A DNA stretch of 64,000 nucleotides, taken from the NCBI GenBank assembly GCA_963663405.2, contig CAXXSM010000144.1, positions 22,082-86,081 on the forward strand, read 5' to 3'. Source of the DNA: a bacterium (lineage in GTDB: Bacteria > Hinthialibacterota > Hinthialibacteria > Hinthialibacterales > Hinthialibacteraceae). Below are positions 31,158 through 42,805 of the stretch, piece after piece (positions within the stretch are counted from its first letter, which is position 1; each line of letters begins with the position of its first letter). Below the pieces are notes generated by a model. It worked only from the letters and a program-made list of their open reading frames with translations. It did no database searches and had not been told where the DNA came from. The position numbers and the translations under genes are program-made.

Positions 31158-31230
31158 TTGTACTTTTTTTTAGGAAGAGCAGTCAATACAAAGAGGGAGA
31201 TACAGGTTTTTAGAGGCATCGGTTATTTGT

Positions 31231-32253
31231 GTGGATGTAATCATCCAATTCTCATACGATGGAGGAAAAATGATGTCGCTCTCCTATAAATTACTCTTAT
31301 TCACGTTGCTTATTGCAGTACAATTTCTTTTCCCAATCCTCGCGCCCGCTCAGGAAGATGTGTCTTCTCTACCGTTGCCAACCATCGGGGTGGAAGGTTT
31401 TGGAGGGCTTCTCGCGACGTATGCGGCGTATCTCACCAATCCACCAGCGGAAGGCGATATCTTTGGATTACCCAGCTTTGCCTACGCGTATGTCAATCTT
31501 GGACACAGCCGGGACTTGAACACATTTGGAATCACCGAGACACTCTGGAACCGGCTCGAATTGGGTTACGCCTATATCCGGATGGACTTGGGGGATCTAC
31601 CGGAAGAGATTGCTAGAACGGGGCGGCAATTATTGATTCCAGGTGGTTTAAGTATCGATGATGATACAATCGGCCTCCATAACTTCAATGCCCGGCTTGC
31701 TCTGCTTCACGAAGGGGAATGGGATTTGCGCTGGCTGCCGGCGGTGACAGCGGGCGTACATTATAAATATAACGATACGATCGACGATCTGAATGACGAT
31801 CTGACGATTCCTGGTCTTTTTCCCCAAGGCGCGATCCGAAGCCTCGGCATTGAAAGTGATGATGGGGTGGATTTCACTCTCTACGCGACGAAAACAATGC
31901 CTGATCTACCCCTGCCCATGTTGTTTAATATTGGACTCCGCGCGACCAAAGCCGCCCATATTGGTTTATTTGGATTTACCGAGGATTACAATGTCATGGT
32001 TGAAGGCAGCCTATTCGCGTTTCTTTCCGAACATCTTCTTGTGGGGGGGGAATACCGCATGAAACCGGATGAATATGATCAACTCCCGGCGGCTCCCCAA
32101 CTGATTGAAAAAGAAGATGACTTGTGGACCCTCTACGCCGCGTATCTTATTAATAAGAATCTATCCATTTCCGCCGGGTACGGACATTTTGGCGATGTTT
32201 TCAACCACAAAGCGAACGGCGCGTGGGCCATTCGATTGAATTGGGAATTTTAG
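31231..32253 (+). CDS. DUF3034-like putative outer-membrane beta-barrel
   Basis: Signal peptide, VEGFGG, NRLELGYA, GEYRMKPD, C-terminal WEF. Confidence 0.65.
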   Translation: MDVIIQFSYDGGKMMSLSYKLLLFTLLIAVQFLFPILAPAQEDVSSLPLPTIGVEGFGGLLATYAAYLTNPPAEGDIFGLPSFAYAYVNLGHSRDLNTFGITETLWNRLELGYAYIRMDLGDLPEEIARTGRQLLIPGGLSIDDDTIGLHNFNARLALLHEGEWDLRWLPAVTAGVHYKYNDTIDDLNDDLTIPGLFPQGAIRSLGIESDDGVDFTLYATKTMPDLPLPMLFNIGLRATKAAHIGLFGFTEDYNVMVEGSLFAFLSEHLLVGGEYRMKPDEYDQLPAAPQLIEKEDDLWTLYAAYLINKNLSISAGYGHFGDVFNHKANGAWAIRLNWEF

Positions 32254-32262
32254 GAGATAATC

Positions 32263-32466
32263 ATGGACGATTTTCGTAAACAAGGAAAATTGGTTTTTTC
32301 ATCTGCGCAGGAGAATATGGATGATATTATTTCGCAGCATGAGACTTACCTTTCTTCTGAAAAAGATAAGGAAGTTTTCTTTTCTGCAATAATGAATCCA
32401 CCCGAACCCAACCAAAAACTGCGCAGGGCGGTTGAACGATATAAAAAGATGAGTTTTGATTCTTGA
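32263..32466 (+). pseudogene. DUF1778 (TacA-like) antitoxin C-terminal fragment
   Basis: LSSEKDKEVFFSAIMNPPEPNQKLRRAVERY; no N-terminal RHH region and no GNAT toxin downstream. Confidence 0.6.
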
Positions 32467-32693
32467 ACGAATCTTTAATCTCAAGGACACATCAAAAATG
32501 GAATCCACCCTTCCAAGGCTGTGCGCGTGAATCCTCTTTCTTCTTCCATAAATCTGTTGGTTTTATTTGCTGAAAATCTTCTTGCCATTTGAGTATCAAT
32601 TTCATTATAATTGGATGTCAACAGTTAGAAAGAAGTTATCAATAAAGAAATTCATCTCCGTTATCGTATAGGAATAACGGGGTATCATTTTTA

Positions 32694-34481
32694 TTGAAAC
32701 TGAAAATGGAGAATGTGATGGTACGTAACCCTTTTATTATTATTGCTTTACTATTTCTGACTTCACTTATTTGCTTGACGGGTGAGAGTGAGCCATTGCC
32801 GAAACCGTCTCAATGGATTCCCCAGGACGCCATTCTCACGTTTGAACTCTCTAATCCCCAGGCTTTATTTGATGTTATCCTCGGCGCCAAGGTCGAAAAA
32901 GCCATTACCTCCGTTCCCGAATTTCAAGCGCTGACCAATGAGAATGGATTCAAAGAATTTCTTGGCGTGGTCCATTATTTGGAAACCGCGCTTGCTACTG
33001 ATTGGAAAGCCGCGGTGAAATCTCTTCTTGGAGAAGGCGCTGTATTTTCTGTTTTGCCGGAGGATCAACTCGTTTTTACCGCTGATTCCACGAATCCGGA
33101 TTTACTCACCCAGCTACATGATATTCTTTTCGGATTCGCGAAAAATGACGCGGAACAACATGGTGATTCCGATAGAGTGAAGTTAAAAGAATACAATGGC
33201 GTGACAGGCTATTCATTTGGGAATGATGAAGTTCATTGCATCATCGGCAACCGCTTTGTATTGTCGAATAAATCGAATATTCTTAAACGAATTATCGACA
33301 ATCGCACGAATGTTGAATATGAATCCCTATCCAATCTCAATCACTATAAAAACGCGCAAATGGATATCGATCCAGAAGCGGCGCTGACGGCGTTTCTGCG
33401 CATGGATATCTTGAATCAAGTGTCTGGAATCAACAATGCGCTAACAAGAAATCTGAATCCGATGGCCGCATTGTTAGCCGCCGGGATCACGGATTCATTA
33501 AGCGCGTCAAACTGGCTTTTAGCGGAATTATGTATTGATGAAGAGAATCTTCTTCTTTCAACGGAGATTGACGGCAAACTGGATATGAGTGGCCCGATGG
33601 CGTTCATTGGAACGAACGATCGTGTTGGCGCTGCGCTTCCAATGATCGAGGTTCCCAATCAAATCGCCAGTTTCAGTTTCTTCCGTGATTTGTATAAGTT
33701 TTATTCCGCCAAGGATGATCTGTTTCCTGAGCGCACATCGGGATTGATCTTCTTTGAGAATATGATGGGAATTTTCTTCACTGGACGGGACCTGACCGAA
33801 GAAGTCTGGAAAGAGATTAAACCAGAAATCCGTTTTGTCGCCGCTGAACAGAAATTCGATTCATCCACCGGTATTCCAGCCGTTCAACTCCCCTCCTTCG
33901 CTGTAGTCTTCAAGCTATTCCATCCTGAAACATTCGGGATCGTCGCAGAAGAAGCATGGCAGAAAGCCATCGGTTTGATAAACTTTACGCGCGGTCAAAA
34001 CGCCCTGCCTGGACTGCTGATCGACCGACCTGTCTATAAAGATGTTAAAATGACATTGACTTACTTTCCTTCGGTGGGAGAAGAGGATAAATCTAAACAG
34101 GATATACGCTTCAATTTCCGCCCGACACTCGCGCGGGTTAAAGACAATCTGATTTTAAGTTCAACAGACCAATTAGCGGAAGACATCATTGATAGTGTGC
34201 TGTTGGAAGAGAAGAATCCACCTGAAAAGATATCAAATGTACATAGTCTCGTTCAACTCGATGTGGATCGTTTAGCGTCGATCTTGGAATCGAACCGGGA
34301 AACCATCGTCCGGAACGATATGGTCGAAAAAGGAAAAACAAAAGAACAAGCGGAAGCGGAACAAGTAATGCTGACTCGTATCATGCAGTACTTCAACCAA
34401 GTCTCACTACAAGTTGGCGCGCAGGATGACACGCCCCAAGCGGAACTCAAACTCAGTCTGAATCTACCCGCGGCTGAATAG
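32694..34481 (+). CDS. Secreted hypothetical protein (DUF3352-like), upstream of DUF1800/DUF1501
   Basis: 595-aa ORF with signal peptide and WIPQDAIL motif; operon spacing. Confidence 0.6.
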   Translation: MKLKMENVMVRNPFIIIALLFLTSLICLTGESEPLPKPSQWIPQDAILTFELSNPQALFDVILGAKVEKAITSVPEFQALTNENGFKEFLGVVHYLETALATDWKAAVKSLLGEGAVFSVLPEDQLVFTADSTNPDLLTQLHDILFGFAKNDAEQHGDSDRVKLKEYNGVTGYSFGNDEVHCIIGNRFVLSNKSNILKRIIDNRTNVEYESLSNLNHYKNAQMDIDPEAALTAFLRMDILNQVSGINNALTRNLNPMAALLAAGITDSLSASNWLLAELCIDEENLLLSTEIDGKLDMSGPMAFIGTNDRVGAALPMIEVPNQIASFSFFRDLYKFYSAKDDLFPERTSGLIFFENMMGIFFTGRDLTEEVWKEIKPEIRFVAAEQKFDSSTGIPAVQLPSFAVVFKLFHPETFGIVAEEAWQKAIGLINFTRGQNALPGLLIDRPVYKDVKMTLTYFPSVGEEDKSKQDIRFNFRPTLARVKDNLILSSTDQLAEDIIDSVLLEEKNPPEKISNVHSLVQLDVDRLASILESNRETIVRNDMVEKGKTKEQAEAEQVMLTRIMQYFNQVSLQVGAQDDTPQAELKLSLNLPAAE

Positions 34482-34516
34482 GAAGAAGATATTACTCCTT
34501 CCACTGGAAGTACATT

Positions 34517-35878
34517 ATGAAGAATCAAAATGCTGCATTCGATCCTCAGTGGGCGTGGGAGTCTTATGTCCCAAGCGATGAGCGGCCTTGGACTTTGAAA
34601 TGGGTGGGGCATCTCTATCGCCGGGCGGCGTTTGGCGCGTCATGGGAACAGCTGCGGCAGGCGATGGAAGAAGGCCCGGCTCGAACCGTTGAACGTTTGC
34701 TGAATCCCAGTGGGAATACGGATGAATTTGAAACGTCCTTCGATGAATACGAATCAGCGGCGGCGAACTCGGATTCGACGGAAGGATTGCGCGCCTGGTG
34801 GCTGCGCCGCATGATTCAAACTCCAGATCCTCTCAAAGAGAAGATGACGTTGTTTTGGCACAACCATTTCGCAATTGATTGTGGTAAAGTCAAAAGTGGT
34901 GTATTGGCTCTCCAACGTCTGCGGCTCAATCGGGAAGACGCATTGGGAAACTATGCTCATTTACTGCAAGCGATCGTACATCATCCAACAACGTTTTTGG
35001 CGCTTAACGCGGAAAAGAATCGCAAAGTTCTTCCGAATGACAATTTTGCTAAAAAGGTACTAGAAAATTACTGTCTTGGCCCGGATATGGTTTCAGAACA
35101 AGATATCCACGAGACCGCGCGGGCGTTCACGGGATGGTTTTTGATCCGGAATGAATGCCGTTTTCTCGATCGGGAACACGATCATACAAACAAACGTATA
35201 CTTGGAGAAGAGGGTGATTTTGATAGTCAAGATGTCATAAATATCATACTGCGGCGACCTGATGCTGCACAGTTCATTGTTCGTAAGTTATACCGGTTTT
35301 TCATTTCTGAAGTCGAGGAACCAGCGCATTCTTTTCTTGAGCCGCTGGTTCGTTTGTTCACCGCTGATTTCAATATCAAAAAAGTCATAACTGTTATCTT
35401 GAAATCGAATCTTTTCTTCTCGGAAACCGCCTATCGGAAACGTGTAAAATCTCCCATCGAGTATGCGCTGGAGATCGTTAGAGGATTTGAGGCCAATGTT
35501 TCAACAACGCATCTTGGGAATGACCTTAAAGCGCTGGGGCAGGATCTATTCCATCCCCCGACTGTCAAAGGCTGGCTGGGAGGCCGGCATTGGATCAATA
35601 GCGCGGCTCTGATCGGCCGATGCAATTTGGCCCATGCGCTGATATCCAACTCCGCTCCCTATGAAAAGCAACTCGCTTTTGACACTGTCTTTGAGAAATA
35701 TAAATGTAAGTCAGATGAGGAATCATGTCAGTTTATCCTGAATCTATTCTTACAGGATGATTTGGATGAAACGGTTCGAAAACAACTATACCGATCCACA
35801 GCGGATAAGAAGCCATCGTCATGGCTTCAGCGCTTTACAATAGATGTCTTGACATGTCCTGAATTTCAAATCGGATAA
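34517..35878 (+). CDS. DUF1800 family protein
   Basis: HLYRRAAFGA, EKMTLFWHNHF, ARAFTGW, PPTVKGW. Confidence 0.9.
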   Translation: MKNQNAAFDPQWAWESYVPSDERPWTLKWVGHLYRRAAFGASWEQLRQAMEEGPARTVERLLNPSGNTDEFETSFDEYESAAANSDSTEGLRAWWLRRMIQTPDPLKEKMTLFWHNHFAIDCGKVKSGVLALQRLRLNREDALGNYAHLLQAIVHHPTTFLALNAEKNRKVLPNDNFAKKVLENYCLGPDMVSEQDIHETARAFTGWFLIRNECRFLDREHDHTNKRILGEEGDFDSQDVINIILRRPDAAQFIVRKLYRFFISEVEEPAHSFLEPLVRLFTADFNIKKVITVILKSNLFFSETAYRKRVKSPIEYALEIVRGFEANVSTTHLGNDLKALGQDLFHPPTVKGWLGGRHWINSAALIGRCNLAHALISNSAPYEKQLAFDTVFEKYKCKSDEESCQFILNLFLQDDLDETVRKQLYRSTADKKPSSWLQRFTIDVLTCPEFQIG

Positions 35879-35898
35879 GATGAGTAGGGAGATCGATC

Positions 35899-37107
35899 GT
35901 GAAGTTTTCAAGACGACAATTTCTACACACCTCAGCGATCTGCTCTTTCGGATCGCTCGCGCCATCCTTCTTACAAAAAACTGCCTTTACCGCAGCGTCG
36001 AAAAAGGTGAAAACAGACCGCGTTCTTGTTGTGTTACAACTCTCCGGCGGCAACGATGGCTTAAACACGATTGTTCCCTATGCGGATGATGAATATGGAC
36101 GCAATCGTTCGACCTTGCGTCTACAGGCGCCGGAAGTTCACAAGATTGATTCTTATTGCGGATTCCATTACGAAATGAAAGCGATGTGGGAACAATTTCA
36201 AGATGGACATGTAAGTGTCATTCAAAGCGTCGGCTATCCGAAATCGAACCGCGATCACGCCGGCGCCCTGCGTGACTGGTATACCGCTTATCCTCATGAT
36301 GAAAACTGTGAAACGGGATGGCTGGGCCGCTCTATCGAGTATGCGAACCAAGTGGATCATACAGATCTTCCCGGCGTATTGGTGGGAAATATATCCATGC
36401 CGCTAGCGCTGAATGCGGAACGAACGATTGTCCCATCCATACGCCGCCTCGATCAAATGCAGTTTCAGCAGGAACCACTTTCTGCTGATATTCACAAAAC
36501 TGACAATGCATTACTTGATTTTGTAAATCAACAAACATCCATCGCGCTGGAAAAAAGCCGAAAACTTACAAATATCACGAAAGATATACACTCTTCTGTT
36601 GAATATCCGCCATTCCAATTGGCTAAGACATTACGTACCGCCGCGCAGCTGATTCGCGCTGATATTGGTGTATGTATTATTTATACGGCGCTTGGGGGGG
36701 ATGGATTTGGTGGATTTGACAATCACGCCAGCCAGCGCGACAATCATGCGGCGCTGCTGCGGCAACTGTCCGAATCGGTATCGGCCTTTATTAACGATCT
36801 CAAACACGATCGCTTATTGGATCGTGTGTTGTTAACTACTGTTTCTGAATTTGGCCGCACGCTGAAAGAGAACGGCCGACGTGGTACAGGACATGGCGCG
36901 GCGGCCCCCATGTTGGCCGCAGGCGCCCAGCTCAAACCTGGATTGATCGGCCAATGTCCCAGCCTGACCGATCTCGATGATGGCGCGTTGAAACATCAGA
37001 TCGATTTCCGCAATGTTTTCGCGGCGCTGCTGGATCAATGGCTTTGCATTGATTCCAAGGAAATACTGGGCGTGTCTTTCGATCCGATTCCGCTTTTCCA
37101 AAGTTAA
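35899..37107 (+). CDS. DUF1501 family protein (Tat signal)
   Basis: SRRQFL, LSGGNDGLNT, GFDNH, SEFGR, DFRNV. Confidence 0.9.
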   Translation: MKFSRRQFLHTSAICSFGSLAPSFLQKTAFTAASKKVKTDRVLVVLQLSGGNDGLNTIVPYADDEYGRNRSTLRLQAPEVHKIDSYCGFHYEMKAMWEQFQDGHVSVIQSVGYPKSNRDHAGALRDWYTAYPHDENCETGWLGRSIEYANQVDHTDLPGVLVGNISMPLALNAERTIVPSIRRLDQMQFQQEPLSADIHKTDNALLDFVNQQTSIALEKSRKLTNITKDIHSSVEYPPFQLAKTLRTAAQLIRADIGVCIIYTALGGDGFGGFDNHASQRDNHAALLRQLSESVSAFINDLKHDRLLDRVLLTTVSEFGRTLKENGRRGTGHGAAAPMLAAGAQLKPGLIGQCPSLTDLDDGALKHQIDFRNVFAALLDQWLCIDSKEILGVSFDPIPLFQS

Positions 37108-37220
37108 ACGACTTCTTATTCAATAAAATTGATCTCATTTCATTCTCACATCTTGCCATTCCCTATCCTGCAATGAGATAATAGTACTTCAAATAACACG
37201 ATACTAATCGAGAGCATACT

Positions 37221-38282
37221 ATGAAACGAATCGTTTGTATTTTATTTCTTTGTATTTCCATTTCAGCCGTTGGCGCGGAATTTGAACGTAAGATTATCCC
37301 AGCCAAGGCGCTGGGAAAGGTTGTTGATCCCGCGTCAATGGAGCGGATTTATAATGAAGTCAAAACTCCATTCAAATATGGGATTGTCTTGCGGGGCGAA
37401 GAAGGGAAAAAGGTGGATTGTCCCAGCGTTTTTCGTTATGATGGCAAATGGTATATGATGTATATCATTTTCGATGGTGATGGATACGAAACGGCGCTTG
37501 CTGAAAGTGACGATCTTCTTCATTGGAAAACCTTGGGAAAAATACTTACATTTACATCCGGCCGGTGGGATGGAATGCAGGCGGCTGGGTATGTTGCTTT
37601 GCAGGATTATTCATGGGGTGGATCGTATGAACTGCAGAAATTTGATAATAAATACTGGCTTTCGTATATCGGTGGCGCTTTGAAGGGATATGAGACAGAT
37701 CCACTGTCTATCGGAATCGCTTGGACTGACAATCCAGCGAAACCCAATGCATGGAATCGGTTGGACAAACCGGTTTTGACAAGAGACCAGCCTGATGTCC
37801 GTGAATTTGAAGCGCTGACACAGTACAAAAGCAATGTTATTTGGGATAAACAACAGCGGTTGGGCTATCCATTTGTGATGTTTTATAATGGCAAGAAAAA
37901 TCATGGATATGAGCGGATCGGCATGGCGGTATCCAACGATATGATACACTGGCTGCGTTATGGAACGGAACCGGTTATCGATAACGGGCGCGGGATATCC
38001 GGAGATCCACAGATTGTGCGCATCGGTGATCTATGGGTGATGTTCTATTTCGGCACATTCATCAAACCGGGGGCGTTTGACACATTCGCCTGTTCGTACG
38101 ATTTAGTCACCTGGACCAAATGGACAGGCCCCCATCTCACCGCGCCCACCGAATCATGGGATAAAACATACGCCCACAAACCGTGGGTCATCAAACACAA
38201 TGATATCGTATATCATTTCTACTGCGCCGTCGGCGAACAAGGCCGCGTAATCGCGTTGGCTACATCCAAAGAACTCAAATAG
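37221..38282 (+). CDS. Five-bladed beta-propeller glycoside hydrolase (GH43/GH130-like)
   Basis: VDCPSVF, LAESDDLLHW, IGMAVSNDMIHW, AHKPWVI. Confidence 0.75.
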   Translation: MKRIVCILFLCISISAVGAEFERKIIPAKALGKVVDPASMERIYNEVKTPFKYGIVLRGEEGKKVDCPSVFRYDGKWYMMYIIFDGDGYETALAESDDLLHWKTLGKILTFTSGRWDGMQAAGYVALQDYSWGGSYELQKFDNKYWLSYIGGALKGYETDPLSIGIAWTDNPAKPNAWNRLDKPVLTRDQPDVREFEALTQYKSNVIWDKQQRLGYPFVMFYNGKKNHGYERIGMAVSNDMIHWLRYGTEPVIDNGRGISGDPQIVRIGDLWVMFYFGTFIKPGAFDTFACSYDLVTWTKWTGPHLTAPTESWDKTYAHKPWVIKHNDIVYHFYCAVGEQGRVIALATSKELK

Positions 38283-38449
38283 AACTCCATCCAACGTATA
38301 TCTTCCATACGATCATACATTGATCGATCTAGCCGTCTTACAAATTTATAAAATAGCGTCTACAGCAATTGACTAACAAATGCGAAGTATTGTATTTTGG
38401 TATGCTATAGAACGTTTTTATATTTGTAAATGTATAGCGGGATGGGCCA

Positions 38450-41400
38450 ATGCGTGTTTTTATCAGTCATTCTTCGAATGACAAACCAGCCGTCTTGAAA
38501 CTTAATCAAGAACTTCGCGATCGCGGGTTTGAGACGTGGATGGATCAATTCGAGATTCTTCCTGGTGATAATATTGTTGAGAAAATTGATGAAGGGCTTG
38601 AGAAGTCCGACGCTGGGATCATTGTTCTTTCAAAAAATATTGACGGCAGTCCATGGATTAAAACGGAACTTAATTATCTTATTTATGCTTGTATCAAAGA
38701 AAGCAAGAGACTAATCCCAGTCGAATTAGAAGAAGGTGGTTTCATCCCGCCGCTGATTCGGCCTTTGGCAAAGTGCGGGATTCATGATATTGACGCTATT
38801 ACTATGGCGCTTCGTCAAGAGACGCCTGATCCATCGTTCACCGGTCCTGCATCGCTTGATTCTATTCTCATTCGCTTAATGCGGAACGAAGATCATAGTA
38901 TTCAAATCACTGCGAGCATTGGCGGGAAAACGTATGGGGAAACGCGATTTGATGATCTGCCTTCTCCACTCGTTACACTGCAAAATCAATTCTTACAAGG
39001 CTTTAAAACTTGGAACGCGCGTGATCCGGTTGATGCGGAACGTGTCGCGAATGAGAAGAGTGTGGTTGAACTTGGCGCCGCGATTCGTGATTTCTGCCTG
39101 CCGGAAGATTCGGGCGATGTGTTGACCAGCGTGATCGATAACAGTAACAAAATTAATAAAACGGTGGAGGTTTGTTTTGAGGCGGATGATCCCGCTTTAC
39201 TGGGTTTGCCGTTTGAAGCGCTCCGGCTGCCGGATAACCGTCTTCTCACCACGCAGCCGACGGTGGTAATGTACCGCCGGTTGGCGGGGGAACTGGATGC
39301 GAAATGGACGCCTTTGCCCTCTCCGATTAAGATTCTTGTTGCGGTGGGCGCGCCGGATGAGGGACAAACCGGCGCGGTTGTCCTTGATTACGAGCGAGAG
39401 ATGCAGATCATTCTCGATGCTGTTGAACAGGCTCAGCGCCTTGAAAATGTGCAGGTGCGCATTCTTGAGGTTGGGCATCCTAAAGTGATCGGTGACGCGA
39501 TCGAGCGCGATACCTATCATGTCCTGCATCTCAGCTGTCATGGAATGCCTGGTTTTTTGGAGTTGGAAGACGAGGAAGGGCGCGCCGTCAAAACCAGCGC
39601 GGACGATCTGCTTGATCCCATTTTGACGAAAGGGAAGCCGTTGCCGCTGGTTTTTCTTAATTCCTGCAAAGGAGGCGTGCAGGAAGAGGAGACCGCTAGT
39701 TTTGCGGAAGCGTTGTTGCGTAAAGGTGTTCCGTCGGTCATAGCGATGCAGGCTTCTGTGAGCGATTGGTATGCGACAGAATTGGCGCGGGCGTTCTACA
39801 ATCATCTAGCGGTGATGGATCGTCCATGGGTCAGCCGGGCGTTGGCTTTGGCCCGGAAAGATTTGGAAGATGCGCGTCAAAACGCCATCCAGACGGGCGC
39901 AGGTTTAGGCGAAACGCAGCCGGAATACGCTACACCGGCGTTCTACCTCGCTGGTGAGGAACAGCCCCTTGCGGATTATTCGCTTACGAAAGAACCATTG
40001 ACGAAAAGGCCGGTGTATGAAGTTTCGGGCCTGTGCCGCAATTGCGGATCGACGATCTGATCGGCCGCCGGAAGGAACTGCGGGAAACCTTGCGGACGCT
40101 GAGGGATCCAAACCGGCAGTATGCGGGTGTTGTATTGACCGGGATCGGTGGTGTGGGAAAAAGCGCGCTCGCGGGCCGGGCCATGCGCCGTCTGGTGGAA
40201 GAGGATTTGGCTCGTCCCCGCGTGTAAGGGCCGTTTGAATTTGGGGGATATCGCGTTGGTTCTTGGTTTGGAATTGATGCAATCCAAGAATGCGGATTGG
40301 AAAAATCTTGGTAAATTGTTGTGTAATACTGAATTGAATGACATTGCGCGTATGCAATTGATTGGAAAATGTTTGGCGGAAGCGCCGGTTGTCTTGGTTT
40401 TGGATGATTTTGAACAGAATCTCACCCAAGATGGAGCCGCGTTTCTTGATCCTGACACTGATACGTACCTGCAATTTCTCGCACAAAGCGCGCGGAAAGG
40501 GCGTCTCTTAATCACTTGCCGGTATCCCGTTCCCAACACCAGCGCTTTTTTCCGTCATATCTCCATCGGCCCGCTCAGCCCATCCGAATCCCGGAAATTG
40601 ATCCTCCGCCTGCCGGAACTGAAGGGGCGGCCTGTATCCGATATTGTGCTGATTCTGCGTGTCATCGGCGGTCATCCACGTATGCTTGAATTACTCGACA
40701 GCCTGTTAAACCACGGCACAGGGCGGCTTCCACATGTGACGGTAAAACTACAGGATTTGCTCAAGAAAGCTGAGTTGGATGAAAAGACCACCGCCGCCGA
40801 TTTGGAGGAGGGGATTCAACAGACATTGCTGCTGGGCGCGCGCGATGTCTTTCTCGCCGAATTGTTTGCGATCGCTAAAGACGAGTCGATTGATGAAATC
40901 CTGCTGCAGACGGCGGTTTCCAACCTGCCGATTTCACCAGAAGGAGTGGCGCACATGCTCACCGGGGCGCCCGCCGATCCCGCGCCGGTGGAACAGGCGT
41001 TCGATCGATTAGAACGCCTCTCGTTGATTTACCGGTTTCCTGATGGATCGGCCTGGATCCATCGTTGGACAGCCGAAGGCCTGCTTGCGTTTGACTCAGA
41101 AGACGCATTCCATCAGCGCTGCGTCCGCGCGGGCCGCTATCGTATGTGGAAGGGAGAGAAAGATAAGTATGGATTAACAAATGAGATAGAAGCCATCCGT
41201 AATTATTTAAAGGGCAAGGATTTTGATGAAGCTTCAAAGGTTGCGCTTATGTGTATCAATACCTTAAAGCGTTTTCAACAAACGGCGCAAGTCGCGGCGC
41301 TGGCGGGTGAAGTCCTTGAAAGCCTGCCGGAAGAGCATAAGCGTTTTGCCGCCATCGCGGATGAGGAAGCGCAATCTCACTTGGCTCTCGGTTTTACGGA

Positions 41401-42805
41401 AAGAGCGTTTGAACGGTATCAACAACTTTGCATGATGCATGAGCGTCTGACTAATGAAAATCCAGATCGTGCCGATTATCAGTACGTTCTTTCAGTCTCC
41501 TATGAGCGAATGGGTGATCTATATCTTGATCTGGGCCAAGGAGGTAAGGCCCAAGAGGCTTATCAAAAGTTATTGGATATTATTAAACAACTGGTTAACT
41601 CGGAGCCAGATCGGGCAGACTATCAACGCCAACTATCCGTCACGTACAATAAAATAGGTGACCTGTACCGTGCCCTGGGTGAGGGAGGCAAGGCCCAAGA
41701 GGCGTACCAGCGCTCGCTGGAGATTCGGGAGCGTCTGGTGAAAATGGAGCCGGACCGGGCGGACTATCAGCGTATCCTCTCGGTTTCGTATAATAAAATG
41801 GGCGACCTGTACAGTGCCCAGGGCGAGGGAGGCAAGGCCCAAGAGGCGTACCAGCGCTCGCTGGAGATTTTTGAGCGTCTGGCGAACTCGGAGCCGGACC
41901 GGGCGGACTATCAGCATGACCTATCGGTCTCGTATGAGCGAATGGGCGACCTGTACCGTGCCCTGGGCGAGGGAGGCAAGGCCCAAGAGGCGTACCAGCG
42001 CTCGCTGGAGATTCGGGAGCGTCTGGCGTCCTCGGAGCCGGACCGGGCGGACTATCAGCATGACCTATTAGCCTCCTATGATCGATTGGGTGACCTGTAC
42101 TGTGCCCAGGGTGAGGGGGGTAAGGCGCAAGAGGCGTTCCAGCGCGCGCTGGAGATTATTGAGCGTCTGGCGAATGCGGAGACGGACCGTGCGGACTATC
42201 AGCGTGACCTATCGGTTTCGTATAATAAAATGGGCGACCTGTACCGTGCCCAGGGCGAGGGAGGCAAGGCCCAAGAGGCGTACCAGCAAGCGTTGGACAT
42301 AGCGGAGCGTCTGGCGTCCTCGGAGCCGGACCGGGCGGACTATCAGCGTGACCTCTCGGTTTCGTATAATAAAATGGGCGACCTGTACCGTGCCCAGGGC
42401 GAGGGAGGCAAGGCCCAAGAGACGTACCAGCGCTCGCTGGAGATTATGGAGAGTCTGGCGTCCTCGGAGCCGGACCGGGCGGACTATCAGCGTGACCTCT
42501 CGGTTTCGTATAATAAAATGGGCGACCTGTACAGTGCCCAGGGCGAGGGAGGCAAAGCTCAAGAGGCGTACCAGCGCTCGCTGGAGATACGGGAGCGTCT
42601 GGTGAAAATAGAACCGGACAGGGCGGACTATCAACGAGACTTGATTACAATGTATGTAAGAATTAGTGGAAGTGTTTCTGAAAAGAAAAGAGAATACCTC
42701 GAACGCGCCTTATCCATTGCGACGGCTCTTAAAAATGAAGGGCGGTTAAATCCGGCGGATTATTGGTTTATTGATGAATTTCAAAAAAGATTGGATGAAT
42801 GTTGA
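38450..42805 (+). CDS. TIR-CHAT(caspase-like)-STAND NTPase-TPR NLR-like protein (~1450 aa), two frameshifts near 40030 and 40207
   Basis: TIR VFISHS...WIKTEL; CHAT HLSCHG and FLNSC; Walker A GIGGVGKS; Walker B VLVLDDFE; GHP motif; 48-aa TPRs. Confidence 0.85.
41462..42645 (+). repeat. Eight full + one partial 144-bp coding tandem repeats (48-aa TPR)
   Basis: PDRADYQ starts at 41462 and recurs every 144 bp to 42614. Confidence 0.92.

Noticed and set aside
34517-37107. DUF1800-DUF1501 as a novel system
   Set aside because: A widespread, already recognised gene pair; nothing unusual is seen here
39197-40539. Long antisense ORFs (about 190-200 aa) opposite the CHAT/NTPase region
   Set aside because: Shadow ORFs of a motif-rich sense gene, with no domain signal
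41462-42645. CRISPR or DGR template/variable repeats
   Set aside because: In-frame coding TPR repeats; differences are not adenine-specific and no reverse transcriptase is present in the window
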